A program made the position numbers and the translations under genes. From positions 1 to 63,940 of the forward strand of contig CAYMRB010000003.1 in NCBI GenBank assembly GCA_964392615.1: a stretch of DNA of 63,940 bases, in the 5' to 3' direction. Under the pieces are notes generated by a model. That model did no database searches. It was not told where the DNA came from and saw nothing but the letters and a program-made list of their open reading frames with translations. Source of the stretch: an uncultured Planctomycetia bacterium. Its GTDB lineage: Bacteria; Planctomycetota; UBA8108. Positions 62,597-63,940 of this stretch are shown here, piece by piece. Within the stretch, counting starts at the first letter, position 1. The number at the start of each line of letters is the position of its first letter.

Positions 62597-63940
62597 ATGT
62601 ACCTGCGCGTGCGATGTCCCGAATGCGACGTCGGCCTCCGACTCAGGCCGGAGGACCTCGGGACGCGAAAGCGGTGCCCGCGGTGCCGCCGTGACGTCGA
62701 GTTCGACCGCGACGACATGTCTGCTGGTCGTCCACCGTCGCCTGCGAACGTGGCGGGCGGACGAGCGAAGAGGGGCGGGATTGTCGCCGTGGTCTCGGTT
62801 GTCGCTGTCGTCGTCGGCATCGCTCTCGCGTTCCGGATCCCCTCGTGGTCGTCTCACCGCGAGGAAGAACGGATACGTGCTCTGCTCGAGAGCGTGTTCG
62901 AGAGCCTCGGCGCGAACGAGCAGGGCCACCAGGAGTACCGGCACACGGAAACGGGGATCATCTTCGTTCGGCTGCCCGGCGGCACGTTCGAGATGGGGAC
63001 GTCGGAGGAGGAGGCGAGGACGATCGTCGACGAGCTCATGCTCCTCAAGCGCGAGGAGTACCGCGAGCTCGAGACGTGGACCGAGGAAAAGAGGCGACGA
63101 ATCGTCGGGATCATGCGCGAGTACGACCTGGCGTATCAGATCCCACAGTGGGACGCCGAGAGAGTACGCGTGGAGATCGAGGAGAGCGTGGCGCATGAGG
63201 CACCCCGTCACGGAGTGACTCTGAGCCCGTTCCTGATATCCAAGTACGAGGTGAGTCAGGAGCAGTGGCAACGCGTCATGGGAGATGAACCCACATCGTC
63301 GTGGTTCAAGGGACGCGGCTTGCCCGTCGTCGACGTCGACTGGATCGACTGCCAGCGGTTCTGCGAGAGGACCGGTCTCCACCTGCCGACGGAAGCGCAA
63401 TGGGAGTACGCGTGCCGTGGCGGTACGGAGAGCCTGTACTCGTTCGGTGACGAGATGACGCTCGAGCGCGCGCGATTCCACGACAGCCCGGGTGGCGAGT
63501 GGATTCCCATCGTCTTGGGCGAGTCGTCGCGCGGCCTCGTGCCGGTGGACTCCTCGTCGCCGAACCCGTTCGGCCTGCACCACATGCATGGGAACGCCGA
63601 GGAGTGGTGCCAAGACGTCTACGACCCCGCGTTCTATCGCAGATCCGACAGCGGCCAGCCCGATCCGTGCTGTTCGGATGGTAGCCCGGTTGTCGTACGA
63701 CGCGGCGGTGGGTGTCTGAGTCATCGGCTCTCGTGTCGCTCGGCGAGTCGGCGTCCAGTCGATATCTTGGAAACGCGCCTGGTCGTGGGCTTCCGGCCGG
63801 TGTTCCACCTCGCCGAAGCGGAAGCGGTCCCGAAGCCGGAGGCTTCGATTACCGGGGCGGTCGAGCGCTACGATGACGCGTTCGGGCGGGACCCCGCAGC
63901 GGGAATCCTGATCGCGAAGGCGCGCGTCCTGCGCAAGCTG
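62597..63940 (+). CDS. Formylglycine-generating enzyme (SUMF1/FGE) family protein with N-terminal zinc ribbon and TM helix; 3' end off-window
   Basis: This ORF is not in the supplied track because it has no stop in the window. My hand translation from ATG 62597 is open to 63940 (448 codons). CPEC...CPRC zinc ribbon. TM helix GIVAVVSVVAVVVGIALAF. FGE-sulfatase signatures GVTLSPFLISKYEVSQEQW, LPTEAQWEYACRGG, HMHGNAEEWCQD, VVRRGGG and VGFRPV. Confidence 0.85.
   Translation, partial: MYLRVRCPECDVGLRLRPEDLGTRKRCPRCRRDVEFDRDDMSAGRPPSPANVAGGRAKRGGIVAVVSVVAVVVGIALAFRIPSWSSHREEERIRALLESVFESLGANEQGHQEYRHTETGIIFVRLPGGTFEMGTSEEEARTIVDELMLLKREEYRELETWTEEKRRRIVGIMREYDLAYQIPQWDAERVRVEIEESVAHEAPRHGVTLSPFLISKYEVSQEQWQRVMGDEPTSSWFKGRGLPVVDVDWIDCQRFCERTGLHLPTEAQWEYACRGGTESLYSFGDEMTLERARFHDSPGGEWIPIVLGESSRGLVPVDSSSPNPFGLHHMHGNAEEWCQDVYDPAFYRRSDSGQPDPCCSDGSPVVVRRGGGCLSHRLSCRSASRRPVDILETRLVVGFRPVFHLAEAEAVPKPEASITGAVERYDDAFGRDPAAGILIAKARVLRKL

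Overview
This is a high-GC bacterial chromosomal window. All family calls come from motifs read by eye; no searches were run. The gene content suggests a Planctomycetota-like or related lineage: an ISAzo13/Rhodopirellula-type transposase, a PSCyt-type CxxCH motif, LamG, GH92, FG-GAP/TSP3 giants, dockerin-like tails and an ECF sigma with a membrane extension. That taxonomic reading is inference only. Layout: (1) 10-17165, a tightly packed minus-strand MoxR / DUF58 / BatA-vWA operon, extended upstream by about 3,600 aa of helical/TPR proteins including a 2,307-aa TPR giant. (2) 17.2-27.0 kb, a decaying accessory stretch with a dockerin gene relic, tatD, small unrelated plus-strand genes, an IS91-like relic, and an intact ISAzo13-family IS inside a LamG gene. 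(3) 27-37 kb, envelope and glycan genes: GH92, a methyltransferase, an MA-type peptidase-like protein and a discoidin/beta-propeller/CxxCH protein. (4) 37.5-48.7 kb, two tandem paralogous proteins of about 1,850 aa built from FG-GAP/VCBS repeats, TSP3-like repeats and a dockerin-like tail. (5) 49-64 kb, small hypothetical genes, an EEP nuclease/phosphatase, a GH-like + LamG protein, a B12-radical SAM four-gene cluster, an ECF sigma fused to a TM helix and HEAT repeats, another dockerin-tailed protein, and a partial FGE/SUMF1-like gene. The strongest signal not explained by genes is a conserved 31-nt element, CCGTGACATCGCGGCCGCGGTCGGGCAGGAT, which reads as GTGACA-N17-CAGGAT. It is present in nine copies, all on the plus strand. 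At least seven copies lie 40-160 nt upstream of supported plus-strand starts. Several copies abut truncated genes. I read it as a dispersed promoter/operator module, possibly mobile; this is unproven. No rRNA, tRNA or CRISPR array was seen.
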